64,000 nucleotides of DNA from Eledone cirrhosa. Lineage: Eukaryota. The stretch is from the NCBI GenBank assembly GCA_964016885.1, contig OZ024741.1, positions 177,754,001-177,818,000 of the forward strand, in the 5' to 3' direction. Each line of letters begins with the position of its first letter. Positions within the stretch are counted from its first letter, which is position 1. A model generated the notes under the pieces. It was given only the letters and a program-made list of their open reading frames with translations. It was not told the origin of the DNA and did no database searches. Shown here one piece after another: positions 15,446-28,819 of this stretch. The translations under genes were made by a program, and so were the position numbers.

Positions 15446-16297
15446 ATGCATATAATCTTGCACTGGTGGTGTTTTCCCTACCTTCACAGTATTGGAATAA
15501 CCCATACACCCGATCGACCATGTATGGCTTCTATTTACAATACCCTTTGGACATATAAAAGGTATACAAGTATATATTTTCAATGTAACCGAGCCAATTA
15601 GTGCTGTGAACAAAATCAGTGTTCTTATGAATTAAATCTTTGTTATTGTATGAAAGCTGAAACTGGCGTAACTCATTTTTCACCCTATCCCTCATACATT
15701 ATTGAAGACATCAATCAACCCTTTCATTTTCCTCTAGAGATTTGTCATAACATTTGTTTACTCTAGCTCTTACATCACAAGAAAAACAGGATATTGGTAT
15801 ATTCTCTGTTCTGCTTACCATTATAGTTGGCTTTTCAAAAGTTATTGTTTCACAATTTGCCGCTTCCAGACACATCGCTTTCACTGGTATGCATCAACAT
15901 TTTTAATGATGGGATTTGTTCTTCAACTATCTATTATCTTTACAAATAAAAAGTACATAAAACAAAGTGCTTTCGTTCTAAAAGTCTCCTCTTAATGTTT
16001 CCATATGGCTTACGAGTTCAATGGCATCGCAATAATAATGCACAAAAGACTTCTTCAAGAAGTACTATTATTCAAACATGGATCTCATAAATAACGCCTG
16101 TAATAATAATATTTTCCACTTAAGCACGAGACTCTGAATTTAGAAAGGGAGGAATGAAAACATGTGATCTGAAAACTATTAGCAGCAAAAAACCTTTTTG
16201 GGGGATTGTTGCCGTATCACACATGATGTAGCTGTTACGGGAGTGTTTGTGTGTACATGATTATGTTTGTGCATGAGTACGCATATGTGTATATATT

Positions 16298-16328
<31 letters not shown>

Positions 16329-17235
16329 TTGTGGGCAGGTCTCGGTGATATGAGTGTGTGTGCGTATATGTGTGTGAGTGTGTGTGCGCGTGTGTGCGTG
16401 TGTGTGCGTATATATGGGTGTGTGAGGGTGTGCGTGTGTGCGTGTATGTGTGTCTAGGTACGGGTAAAACTGGAATATTTCGACTATTTATTTTTAGATT
16501 AAATTCATGATATCAACCGACATTACTGGATATCAATGGATATTACTCTTGATCGGTTGTTGTGACAACACACTACATCAAAAAGCACATGATCGAAACT
16601 CATTTAAATAAACAAAAAACAAAACTAGCAATGAATTGCAGGGAATATCGATGTTTCTATTTCTCAAATCCCCATTACCTCCAGCTACTAGCTAAATAAT
16701 AATCCAAAGAATGGTTTCAATGACAGATATGGACATAGAAGACAATATTGTTACGTGAGTTTACATTATACATGAAACATAGTAAACAATGACGTAAATG
16801 CTTTATTGAACGAAACAAATGACATGATCATCTTTAATCTGGACGTTTTTGTGATGTCAAATTCTGATGTTTCTCTTCTTTTATTCTTTAATGATTTCTA
16901 TCTTTATCATAAACACACAATTAGCATAACCGCAACGACGTAAATAAAAACCAATAACATGGGCGAGAAGACGTCAACGTCCATAACAAACACGGGTGAC
17001 ATGATGTCAAATTACTACGACCAGCTTTGGGGGACAAGGCGGAAGTTGTTGAAGTTGAAACAAGTGCTAAAAGTAGGTATTAAAGATTTTTTTTTCTAAT
17101 CAGATTTCACCAGGCAGATAGAACGTAAAAATATTAAATCTGTGCATTTATAACATTTGTTATATGTCTTAATGTACGGGTAGGAATTTATAATTTATAT
17201 TGTGAATCAGGATTCCATTTTATAGTTTTTACATT

Positions 17236-17418
17236 ATCTATATATCTATAAAATGTAATCTGAGTTTTTCGAACTGCAGTTCTATTTACATGCCAACATA
17301 GGAGCAAGAATAAAGAGTTCATTCTACTCACATGGCTATAAAAAATGAGGCTTGTTTGCATAATGCAAAGGAATCGAATGTTATTATTAATATTCGAAAA
17401 ACTCAGATTACATTTTAT
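17236..17418. mobile_element. Small element with a perfect 26-bp inverted repeat; Helentron/HINE-like start or MITE
   Basis: ataaaatgtaatctgagtttttcgaa (17248-17273) / reverse complement (17393-17418), preceded by atctatatatctat. Confidence 0.55.
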
Positions 17419-17989
17419 TGTATTCAGACATCTAGAGCGAAGATTTTCTTTATATATATATATATATATTAATTAATTGGAAACTTAATGAATAAATGAT
17501 AGGGGCTAAACGTATGAGGGATATTCTCAGATACACACGTCTTTTGAATATTATTGGCTTTACCTTTATATAGATAGTTGGTTCTACCAAGAACTATTTG
17601 ATAAATCTAAAGCCGACAGAAATGTGGGAAGAGAGCCAGGGCGAAAATTATTGTAGAATGTGATTTGTACAAGTGTATACATGTCTGAAAACTTTAGAAC
17701 TCGTGAGAATCAGTACGCCAAAAGCTGTATTTGTTTATTTAAAACAAACCTCTTGGCTATTCTTTCTAAATTTTCGACTTTATTTGATTGATGATTCCAC
17801 AAAATAACACTTTAGTTTAGACAACCAAAAATTCAACACATAAATAGCAGATACTTAGCAAAATAATAGTGTTTCATAGATAAGATACAAATAGTACAGA
17901 GTATATGCCTTTAGTTTAGATCAATGTGTGATTTCAATTAAACATTCCTATCAACACTGCTTCTTTAAAATTTTAAAATATTTTTTTAT

Positions 17990-18400
17990 TCTCAACAATT
18001 CTAACTGCAGGTCTGACATCACGGAAGCATATTTCTATAAGTTTGCATTGAGTTACGTTTTGTTGAGCGTATATTCCATAATCCAAATTTCATAAACGAA
18101 TAAACTGATAGATTTAGCAGTTTGTTGTCAATATCATTTCTCTTTTCTCTATTCAGTGCAAATTGTATGGGCTACCAAATCAAGCAAATGCTATACGCAA
18201 TATATATTAGGAGTGAGGAACATGGGATACTTTAACCTATCACGAGTTGCACTTGCACACCCAATTTTTTAAAGTATATATGCAATTGTGTACTAAAATA
18301 AGATCCACAACTTCTGCACCGGCCTAAGGCAATTTCAGTTATTATCCAATGCCGAAATTTACACTGAGAAAGGAAAACGTTTATCTAAATACCTGATTTC
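17990..18400 (+). pseudogene. Decayed NMDA-like iGluR relic
   Basis: RSDITEAYF (18009), IVWATKSSKCYTQYILGVRNMGYFNL (18162), SCTCTPNFLKY (18245; cf. SYTANLAAF), DPQLLHRP (18302; cf. NR1 DPRLRNP), in correct order. Confidence 0.5.
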
Positions 18401-19019
18401 TAGGATCTAGTTATGTATTAAATAATATATGTGGCTCTAATAGTCTCTCAAGATATTTTAACACCCAATGTGTCTCCAAATTGGACATTTTCCCCACCGC
18501 TTATATAACTAATCAAAAGAGGTTCTAGAATGAAGAGAGTGGGAGCGTCATCAATGTTGGGATGGAAATGAAACATTATCCTACAATATTCCCAAACCTA
18601 GCCATATATCGGTTCAATGGTTTTAATTTCCAGGTGAGGGGATGATTAAATCACGATGTTGTGTCTGCATACATGGAGAATTTTAGAATGTTCTCAGGTA
18701 TTTAGTGAATAGCATGCTGTTATCACGGATAACAGTATTTTAATCAATGCTAATCAATTCATCATTTTAATCGATGCTAATATTCTGTAGCATAATTTCG
18801 TATTGGTTTCTACAATGTCGATGAATTTTATTCAGAAACAGATAAATTCAAAGAAAGCTATTTTTGCAAATACGTAATATTTGCTTATAGAAAAGTAATT
18901 GATTGAAAGTTAAAACATAATGTGTTGCTTTTTTTATTTTAAAAAATGTTAAAGTTAAGATGTATTGCTAAACCGATAAATTATTAAACATATCGCGATT
19001 CTGTGCTGGGTGATCTTGT

Positions 19020-19805
19020 TAATGGAGTAGTTAAGCTGACAGCTGACCACCATCTAGTTATCTACAACATCAGACTAAGACCAATGAAACCCACAAAACT
19101 GGAAGGTCAAGGTCGACCTATGGGATAAAGTGGGAAGCGTAAATGGATAAAGAAATCAGGACCAGATATGCAGATGCTATTGCATCAAATTCAGAGGACA
19201 CCCTGAGCTAACTGAGCATGTTGAATTAGAATGGAGTTTGCCCGGCTTAGCAGTTTCTGTTTCAGTTGTTAAATGCTACAGACGAAAGAGTCTTGTGGCA
19301 CATAATGGCAAGAGAACACTTTGTTTGAATCAAGAAGTGAAAGTTCTCATCCGAGCAAAGAAGGCGGGCTATAAATCTTTACTTAGAAATAAGTCGTTCT
19401 TCTTGCTCTTGCGTGTTAGCAGGTGCAAACAGTTGCAACAGAGACAGTAGAGCTGTCCGAAGTTAAGGCATGGTAGGACTTTAGTGTTACGCTAGAATCC
19501 GACTTCAGAATAGCACATGCATATTCTGGCAAACGATCTACCGACTTCATAAAAAGAAGTCTTCCTTCATAATTGCTATCAGGAATGCAACTAAGGTTCC
19601 CCTCTATTCGGAGAGGTGCATCCTCGCGAGCTGAAGAGAATAATTTGCTCTCCTAAAATCGATAGCAAAGCCTATTCTGATGTCTACGTGGAGTATCTTG
19701 AAGCGATGGCTGATATCTATGAGGCTGGAGTCACCAGATGAATTAAAGAGCTCAAATGCGGCAAGGCTAGTGAGGAGGATGAAATAAGGCCTGAGATGTT
19801 AAAAG

Positions 19806-19849
<44 letters not shown>

Positions 19850-20390
19850 CTCTAGCTGACTCTTATGTGCCGGGTCACCTAGATCGCTGGCAGGGCACCA
19901 AATATAGGCTATTGGAGGTGATATTCCCAATGTTCACAAAGAGGGTCAAGTGAGATTGCTCCAGATTTAGAGGGATCTCATTGTTAAGCCTCCGCGTTAA
20001 AGTCTATGGCAAGTCTTTTGTAATAGATATAGAGAGATTGTCGACTTTGTGTTAGCTTATGATCAGTATGGGTTTTGCCGCGGACGCAGCGTTAACGGTC
20101 AAATGTTCAGACTTGGCAGAAATCGTGGGACTACTGCTAAGTGATATATCCTAGCTTTGTAGACCTCGAAAAAGTAAACAGAGCTTTCCAGGGGACCTGC
20201 AGTGGAAGGTTCTTCAAGAGTATGGGATCGATGGACAGCTTATTATTGCCCTGATGTCTCTATACCAATGCCTGAGCATTTGTATTCGCGTAATTGAGGC
20301 TAAATCGATACCGTTCAATGTGGGTGTTCAACTCTGCCAATGGTACGTACTCTAATCTCTCTTTTTTATAAATTTCATGAACAAAATTGT
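19020..20390 (+). mobile_element. Decayed RTE-like LINE (RT region), interrupted by (TA)n at 19807-19842
   Basis: IKELKCGKASEEDEIRPEMLKA, FRGISLLSL, DQYGFCRGRS, FVDLEK, WKVLQEYGIDG, PFNVGV. Confidence 0.85.
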
Positions 20391-20599
20391 CTGTCTATAC
20401 TATCTATACTCTAGTAATATATATTAAAAAGCATTGCAATTTGGTCTAGATCACAAATCTGTCTCATCAACATTTAGAAGATAAATAGTTTTGACTGCGT
20501 TTTATATTGAGAATATCTGAAATAATGCGGAGTCTCTGAATTAGCATGTAAATTCAAATAATTCGATAGAAATATTCAATATTTGTTTTCTAACATTTT

Positions 20600-21160
20600 T
20601 CTCATTGACCATCTAGACGGTAATTCAGCCAATGCATTGGGATTATTTTAATGTAAATATTCCATAATATGTTCACATATTATACTTGCTGATGAATTTA
20701 ATGAATACAAAACCTAAAAAAGAAGCATTAGTGACAAATGTAATAGTTGATTTTGTTGCACAAAGAGATCGCCTATAGTTGGATCTAAGAAAATATCAAC
20801 ATTTCTAAGTAATTTTTATCGTCTGCCACGCGATGGAAACAAAATGTAAGGAAATTGTTTTGCCAAATTCATTTAAATTGAATGCGAAAATTTCGTATGT
20901 TGCTATAGATGTTTTTTAACATTGATCTTATTCTGATTTCTGGTTGACTAAGCACCAAAATTAAGGGTGGATAATGTATGCCCAAAAATACGCCACGAAC
21001 ATGGTTCGTTGATTAGAGTGTCAGCTTTATTGGCTGCTCAATATTCAGTTGCCTTATATTTTCATTTTTTTTAATGAATTGATAATACCTAGATTTTTTT
21101 AGTAATCTGAGCAAGTAGATGAAATATCGTCTCAACTTGGTGGAATTTGGTTTCAGAATG
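20600..21160 (+). pseudogene. Possible iGluR relic (M3-S2)
   Basis: MFTYYTC, SISDK, PIVGSKKIST, IDVF, QYSVALYF, FNELII, STWWNL, in the expected order across frameshifts. Confidence 0.4.
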
Positions 21161-21256
21161 TAAACGGCCGTTATTCTATGGCACAAATCCTGTATCCGAC
21201 GCTCTACTGTTACTGTCCATCCACTGCTCTAATAATGATTTCTACGATAGGCAGAA

Positions 21257-21450
21257 TGCCAGCAATCTGGGGAGAGTGGGAAGTCGATTACATCGATCCC
21301 AGTACGTTACTGGTGCTTTATTTTATCGAGCACCTGAGTATTGACGATAAAGTTAACCTCGACGGGATTTGACCTCAGAACGTAAAGGGTCGAAGCTCTA
21401 TGCCACGCAGCATGTCTCCGACGCTCTACTGATACTGTCAATCCAACGGC
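21257..21450 (-). mobile_element. SINE family A copy
   Basis: Homologous to the other copies. Confidence 0.8.
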
Positions 21451-22089
21451 CTAATAATTGTTTCTTTCTTAACCACACAGAGCTCAAATTAAGAAAACAG
21501 TAAGAGCGACACAATGAGTTTGTGCGTGTATAAAACGTTAACAAAAACAATGAAAACATTAAAATTCAAACAGAAGATCGCCAATGACGAAAAAAATCTC
21601 CGATGGCCTCTCGTGGGTAAAGCACCAAAGCGGCTACGTTCACCCGTTTTTCATCCTCTAATTGACAAGCAAATATGCAGTTCTGGCCTTTTTACTTGTG
21701 TCTTGCTCGCCACTTTCACTCACATTGTACTCATGTAACATGCGTATGTAATTGTTGCACAGGGGACCTCATGGAGTTTGATAGCAAGGGCCTACGTTTT
21801 GAATGGCAACAAGATGGTACCAAACTGTGTGGCCCTTGCTATGTGTGTAATGTCCTGCATGATGCATTTTAGCGTAGCGTCCAAGTGGGATTGCTAGGCC
21901 AGCTCTTATTTGTTTAATTTTAATGAAATTAATCTTTATTTGACGTTCTCATTCTCTGTTGTTACCATTACCTCGGCTGGAACATTAAGTTTGGCAGAGG
22001 TTTTCGTTGAGTTTATCAGTTTGGCAACCAGGGCCAAACGTTCTTCTTCATCCGAGATGTCGATGTAGAATTCTTCATGAAATGTTGGA

Positions 22090-22330
22090 TCAGTGGTGTT
22101 GTTGTTGCAGATTTTTCTGATATCGTTGCTACTACTATCGTTGTCGTTCTTATTGCTGCTGATGTCACTGTTGCTGTTGCTGCTGCTACTCCTGTTGATA
22201 TTATTTTATTTGGCATTCTTACTGTTGTTGTTGTTGGTGGTGTTGTTGGGGTTGCTCTTGTTTGTAGTCATTTTTGTAGTTGTCGTTGCGGCTTGTGTTG
22301 CTGCTGTCTTCGTAGTTGCTACTGCTGACA
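22090..22330. repeat. Degenerate (GTT/GCT)n trinucleotide repeat
   Basis: Seen directly. Confidence 0.8.
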
Positions 22331-22694
22331 TCGTACGCTTTATTGTCTTAAATGTGGTAGTTTTATCTTTGGTGATGCTGGTCGTGGGGGCTATGAGCTC
22401 TTCTCTACATTTGAGTCAGTCACATGGCAGCTAGCTCAGAGGGAGATGGGAGGTGGCTTACTTCGTCCATTTTCTTAATAACTTTGACAAAAATAGAAAT
22501 TGAAGTTCAAATACTTGAGCTGAAGGCCTAAATATTATGTGGATTCCCTTTTTGGGGGAAATGACCGCTGCCTTTCGACACATTAGCAGACACAAGTATA
22601 ACAAAAAGGGCTAAAAACAAATAAAATTAATAAACTTACTGGGTAGGCACAAATACATGTCTCAAGAATCCAAATGTCAATAATAATAATAATA

Positions 22695-23112
22695 ATGTTT
22701 TCTGATTTAGGGACAGGGCCAACAATTTGGTGGTAAAGGGAAAGTCGATTAAATAGACCCCAGTGTATTATTGGAACTCTATTTTATCGACCCCGTAAGG
22801 ATGAAAGGTAAAGCTAACTTCGGCGTTATTTGAACTCAGAACGTAAAGGGCCATAACTATGTCACTAAGCATGTTATCTGACGTTCTAACAAATCTGCCA
22901 ATTCACACAATAATAACAATAACAATTGTTTCTACTTTTGTCACAAGGCCAGCAATTATCCCAGTGCATTACTGGTGCTTTATTTTATTGACCCCTTAAA
23001 GATAAAAAGCTAAGTTAACTTCGGCGGGATTTGAACTCACACCGTAAAGGGCCGTCATTCTATGCTGCAAGACGTGGCGTCCAACCCTCTCCCCATACTA
23101 CCAATCCATCAC
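22695..23112 (-). mobile_element. Two tandem SINE family A copies
   Basis: 22695-22905 and 22925-23112, separated by (AAT/AAC)n tails. Confidence 0.85.
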
Positions 23113-23484
23113 CCTTACTAATAACAATAATAATAACACAGTAATTCTATTATAGACTCTTCAAAAGAATAGTAATCACTTGAGAGAGATCTGTTCAAGA
23201 TGGATAATATACAAGACAGAAGGTATTTAGAATTCAACTGTCTTCCTAGATCTTGCATCAGCGTGGTAAAAGGTTTGTTAATTAAATCATGACAATATAT
23301 ATTATGCAAATAGTTGTTCGGTAATGCATGACAATTAGGATACTATAATTCTTTCTAGTATAATCATGACGAATGCGATAATATTAATGATGATACTGTT
23401 GATGATGTGTATGGCGATGGGGATGATGACGATGGTTGTAGTAGTGGTGGATATGATCGGGCTGATTATTATTATTATATCGGA

Positions 23485-23705
23485 GGGCAGTGGATTGGCA
23501 GTATCGGTAGAGAGTCGAGCACCATGCTTTGTTTCATAGAGTTACGGTCCTTTATGATCTGAGTTCAAATGCCACCGAGGTTAACTTTGCCTTTCATCCT
23601 TACGGGGTCGATAAAATAAAGTACCAGTCATGCACTGGGGTCGATTTAATCGACTTTCCCCTCCCCCCAAATTGCTGGGCTTGTGCCTATATAAGAAACC
23701 ATTAT
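23485..23705 (+). mobile_element. SINE family A copy (full length)
   Basis: A box, B box GAGTTCAAATGC, Deu/Nin-like core, ATT tail. Confidence 0.85.
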
Positions 23706-23867
23706 TATGTTATCAGGGACATCTAAAGGGAGAATGTAGTCAAGAAATATAATAATGACGGTGAAGAAGAAGAGTATTTTTATTATCTTCCTTTGTTAAC
23801 ATTGTTAAGATTTGTTTACACGCGAACCACTACCTCTCTTCATATATATATATATATATATATATAT

Positions 23868-24307
23868 AAGTTTTAATATAGATGAGCTTCTACAGGACTA
23901 GAACTGTTTCATTCTTTAGAAATCATCCCGAATCTGGCTTTCCAAAAATAAATGTTGGGGTATTTATATCTTTTCAGGTGGTAGGAGAGGGTGGGGAAGG
24001 ATTGGGTGGAGGTCATTGGTTGAAAGAAAAGGGAATTCATTAAAAGCTAATTCTTTAAGGCTATAGTTTATATTTAGAGTGACAAAGGCAGAAAGTATTC
24101 TATAAACAGGTTCAGAATAGGGTGCCACTCCTTATTTTTAAGTTTCTCTTAATCTAACAATGCCTATATTCAGGTGTCTATAAGATGGTTGTGGGTCGGT
24201 CATGGTTGATGGATTTAAAGAAAAGGGAAATTCTTTAAAAGCTAATTTAGCTTCTAAAGAATTTCCACTTACTGTAGTTACCTCCGATTCAACGCGGAAA
24301 AAACTTA
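23868..24307. mobile_element. PLE pseudo-LTR foldback of the 6811 family in (TA)n, with an inactivated hammerhead at ~23884-23934 (-)
   Basis: Left end matches 6814-6878 with core CTGATGA changed to GGGATGA; right end cttactgtagttacctcc matches 6985-7020. Confidence 0.75.
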
Positions 24308-24353
<46 letters not shown>

Positions 24354-24399
24354 GGGGGGGGTTGCGTGTTAACAAATTTAACAATATATATATATAGAG

Positions 24400-24636
<237 letters not shown>

Positions 24637-24647
24637 GTATATATATA

Positions 24648-24708
24648 TAAGCGGGCGTTATAATAAGCGTCCGCTTAACTGATACGTACATATATGTATG
24701 TGTACCTG

Positions 24709-24756
<48 letters not shown>

Positions 24757-24872
24757 TGCTACTGTACGTCTGTATACATATATGTATGTACGTATACATA
24801 CATACTTACATTTCAGTAAGTGCCGTACTAAGAGTGAGAAATGAAATTTCGTTTTCATTTTATTACAACTTA
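24648..24872 (+). mobile_element. Inverted partial copy of the 25757-26503 element
   Basis: Reverse complement of ~26222-26430 (aagcgggcgttataataagcgtccgc...tttattacaactta). Confidence 0.9.
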
Positions 24873-24891
24873 TATATATACATATATATAC

Positions 24892-25028
<137 letters not shown>

Positions 25029-25029
25029 C

Positions 25030-25080
<51 letters not shown>

Positions 25081-25093
25081 CATATATATATAC

Positions 25094-25124
<31 letters not shown>

Positions 25125-25138
25125 CATATATATATATG

Positions 25139-25185
<47 letters not shown>

Positions 25186-25188
<3 letters not shown>

Positions 25189-25650
25189 AAAACAAATAAC
25201 GAAACGAAATTAAATTTCGCTTCGTTTGTAACTCACTTTTGTATGACTGACGCTTAATTGTTTAAGCGTCAGTCATACAAAAGTGAGTTACAAACGAAGC
25301 GAAATTTAATTTCGTTTCGTTATTTGTTTTTATCGTCTCCGTTGAACCGGTACGTACTCACGCTCTATGCAAATTGGTCTGCCCACTACTAATTTTCATA
25401 GAAAAAGCATATAACGATATGTGCTTTTACGATTCTGTAGAAAGGCCGGAAGATAGGTAAATATTGCTGATGAGATGTAACAACATCGAAACTAGTTCAA
25501 TATTCCTTGTCTGGCTTTCTGGAGAATAGAGGAAAGGTGTTTCCTCAAAAACCAGTATGACTCTAAAAACCGGTTTGTCTGTGTGTTTACATACAGAATA
25601 GCTGGACACTCACAGTAAAGTGACCAGTGAAAAACTCGGTACATCTACAT
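25186..25650 (+). mobile_element. Non-coding hammerhead element: 72-bp terminal foldback + octamer cassette + ribozyme
   Basis: Perfect IR 25186-25257 / 25262-25333; ATGCAAAT at 25367; hammerhead at 25460. Confidence 0.8.
25460..25504 (+). ncRNA. Minimal type I hammerhead ribozyme
   Basis: aatattg CTGATGA gatgt-aaca-acatc GAAA ctaG TT caatatt; 7-bp stem I, 5-bp stem II, palindromic ACTAGT stem III. Confidence 0.9.
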
Positions 25651-25756
25651 ATGTATACGTGTGTGCATTCATATGCACACTAGTATTTCAGTATACATAT
25701 GTGGATGTACATTTTTTAAATTAATTGTATATATATATATATATATGTGTATATAT

Positions 25757-26340
25757 ATAAGTTGTAATAAAATGAAAACGAAATTTCATTTCTCACTCTT
25801 AGTACGGCACTTACTTAAATGTAAGTATGTATGTATACGTACATACATATATGTATACAGACGTACAGTAGCATATATGTATGTGTACCTGTATATATAT
25901 ATACATACAGGTACACATACATATATGTACGTATCAGTTTAGCGGACGCTTATTATAACGCCCGCTTGGTTCGTTTGTAAACAAACTGAACAGCCTGAAT
26001 TTATGCCGTACGGTGTTAAGGCAACCACGTCACCTTTTTGTTCAACACTGACACAGGAACGATGTACTAGTTTCAAGCTTGTTAGCTATCATCAGCACCG
26101 TATACCCTTCTGCCAGATGGTTGAACGTTCGAAAGTATATACTTTCCTTATGAAAATTAACGGCTGAGCAGCCTAATTTGCATATCGAGTGAGTTGAGTC
26201 GGCCAGGCGTACCGAAAACGATAAGTTGTAATAAAATGAAAACGAAATTTCATTTCTCACTCTTAGTACGGCACTTACTTAAATGTAAGTATGTATGTAT
26301 ACGTACATACATATATGTATACAGACGTACAGTAGCATGC

Positions 26341-26371
<31 letters not shown>

Positions 26372-26503
26372 CAGGTACACATACATATATGTACGTATCA
26401 GTTTAGCGGACGCTTATTATAACGCCCGCTTTGTTCGTTTGTAAACAAACTGAACAGCCTGAATTTTTGCCGTACGGTGTTAAGGCAACCACGTCACCTT
26501 TTT
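25757..26503 (-). mobile_element. Partial-tandem (~465-bp unit x1.6) non-coding hammerhead element (retrozyme / PLE pseudo-LTR type)
   Basis: Near-identical direct repeats 25757-26040 and 26222-26503 flank a unique segment with the octamer (26176-26183) and the hammerhead. Confidence 0.85.
26059..26101 (-). ncRNA. Minimal type I hammerhead ribozyme
   Basis: Minus strand: acggtg CTGATGA t agct-aaca-agct t GAAA ctaG TA catcgt. Confidence 0.9.
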
Positions 26504-27184
26504 GAATTCAGCTCTACCGAAGGAGCAGATTTATTTCAATTTAGTAGTCAATTACAATTATTAAGCTCTAAGAAAATACTTCTGAGCATTACATTACAAT
26601 TTTAAAAAATATGATCAACACTAATGTTTTTTTTTTCAAAAATGACAATAATTTTTTAGCCAGATAGAAATACTTGAATTCAAGTACACATAGTCCGCCT
26701 GTATCGATCTAGAAAATATTAAATGTTAAATCTATACTTACAGACGTAAAATGGCAACTGCCTGGTGCCTAGACAAGTATAAATTTCAAAATTCAAACCT
26801 TTTCAGCAGATCGGTCGGAACTTCAAAACATAAACCTGTTTCACAAGGGATGGTATACTAATGAAATAATTAATTAATTACGGAACAACTATTTATAAAA
26901 TAATTATTAGTGAAGTAACAATTTTCTGTGATTTTCAATAGGCACCCAGAAATTATAGTCACTTCTCCTTAGATAATAATCTTAAGACTGATCTGTCGCA
27001 AGCCTAATACATGTGCTTTTGCACACGACCTTCTCAGCATTCTGGCTCATATCCATGGCTCTAGAAATAACAGCCGTAAATATGGGATTATGAATTCAGC
27101 TCTACCGAAGGAGCAGATTTATTTCAATTTAGTAGTCAATTACAATTATTAAGCTCTAAGAAAATACTTCTGAGCATTTCATTA

Positions 27185-27190
<6 letters not shown>
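26504..27190. repeat. ~95-bp direct repeats flanking ~490 bp of unique sequence, ending in (TA)n
   Basis: gaattcagctctaccgaaggagcag...cattaca at 26504-26598 and 27092-27186. Confidence 0.9.
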
Positions 27191-27232
<42 letters not shown>

Positions 27233-27269
27233 CCCACTATTATATATATATAATAAATACTTGGTGATT

Positions 27270-28195
27270 GGCATCTGAAATGTTGCCAGGCACTCACTGC
27301 CCTCTACCAGGCGGGCAATGCGGTCAGTGGAACTTCCAATCGAGTTCTATAGAGGATTAGTGGTGGGCAAGTGCGACGACGCACTCGGAGAGGCTCTGGA
27401 AGTCGACGAAGTTGAACTAACCAGTCTGTACAGGAGGACTTTCGAGCCGGGGACGATGGATAATTTCCAAAAATCCCTCGTTTGGCAGTGCTACTGGGAG
27501 GCACTGCCGGTTCGAGATAAACTCTACAGGCACGTAAATGCTGTCAGTCGGACCTGCCCGAGATGCGCGCAGAGCGTCGAAACCGTTCTGCAGGCACTCG
27601 TTCAGTGACCGTGCATTACTGACTTGTGGACTTATGTTGAACAGCTGTTGTCACGTGTAGAACGGATCCAGCTATCGGCCGAGTCCATAGTGAAGATCGA
27701 CCCGCCGCCTTCTTTTGGCCAGAAAGGGCAGGCAATTTTCCTGGTGGCAATAGCGAAAGAGGTTGTATGGTGGACGAGGTTGAATCTTCGGCCAATCCCT
27801 CATCAACTTTTTCAAGTTTCACTTGGAAAGGAAGGTGAGGGTGGAGAGAGAAGTGCTGCCCCCCAGTACATTTGCTGAAAGGTGGGTGAATGTGGCGAGA
27901 ATAGCCCGTGTGAGTGCGCCTACTCTGGTCATGCGGCTGTAGGTAGGTACATTTGAGGAGGAGAGGGGTGCCCTTCCGGGGTGCTCTCGAAGCGTCGGGT
28001 CGTTCAGGATTGGTGGGGTACCTGAGCGAACCCTGGGTGGTCATCCCCCCTATTGGGGAATTTTTTCTTGTAATTTTATTGTTACTTTGTTATTGTTATT
28101 CATATTTTTTACTCGAATTTTGTGTAAAACCCAAATGTCCCAGTCTTTTGTATTATCACCTATATGTCGGCCCTTGTGGCCAATAAATGAAATCA
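27270..28195 (+). mobile_element. Tx1/L1-clade LINE 3' end (zf-RVT domain + 3' UTR)
   Basis: WQCYWEALPVRDKL...CPRCAQSVETVLQALVQ; GC-rich relative to the flanks; AATAAA at 28182. Confidence 0.8.
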
Positions 28196-28206
28196 TTATT
28201 ATTAGC

Positions 28207-28229
28207 ACCAGCAGCAGCAGTAGTATAAT

Positions 28230-28323
<94 letters not shown>

Positions 28324-28375
28324 CGTAGTAGTAGTAGTAGTAGTAGTCGTAGTAGTAGTAATAGAAGAAGAAGTA
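28207..28375. repeat. (AGT)n microsatellite
   Basis: Seen directly. Confidence 0.97.
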
Positions 28376-28819
28376 GAACGAGGCCTGTCAGTTCTGACTA
28401 AGGAGAAATCCATTTCCGAAGACCCCAAATGAAATTCAAATAAGAAGCCTCCTAAACAACACCATTAAATATGCTTCTCTTAAAAGACATGTCAATTCTA
28501 ACTAGAAAAATAGCATTTGGTAAATGCTGTTGATTCCTTCAATTCTCCCAACAGACATATATAATTTATTGTTTCATATATTTTCTGATAATTTAGTATC
28601 ACACCTAAATGTGTATATATTACTTCATTATACTGTGTCGTTGGATTCGTTATTTCCATTTAATGTTTACACACAAACATATACACTAACACACACACAC
28701 AAACACACACACGCTTATATATGCGTGTGTGTTTGTGTGCGTGTGTATATGTGTAAAATGTAAACAGAAATAACAAAGCAAACGACACAGTACCATGAAG
28801 AAATATATTATATATATAG

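Noticed and set aside
22077-22434. Hydrophobic membrane-protein-like ORFs
   Set aside because: Derived from a degenerate GTT/GCT repeat.
26504-27097. Cloning artefact, since both repeats start at GAATTC
   Set aside because: The copies differ by a substitution and the layout matches other partial-tandem elements ending in TA; not excluded without reads.
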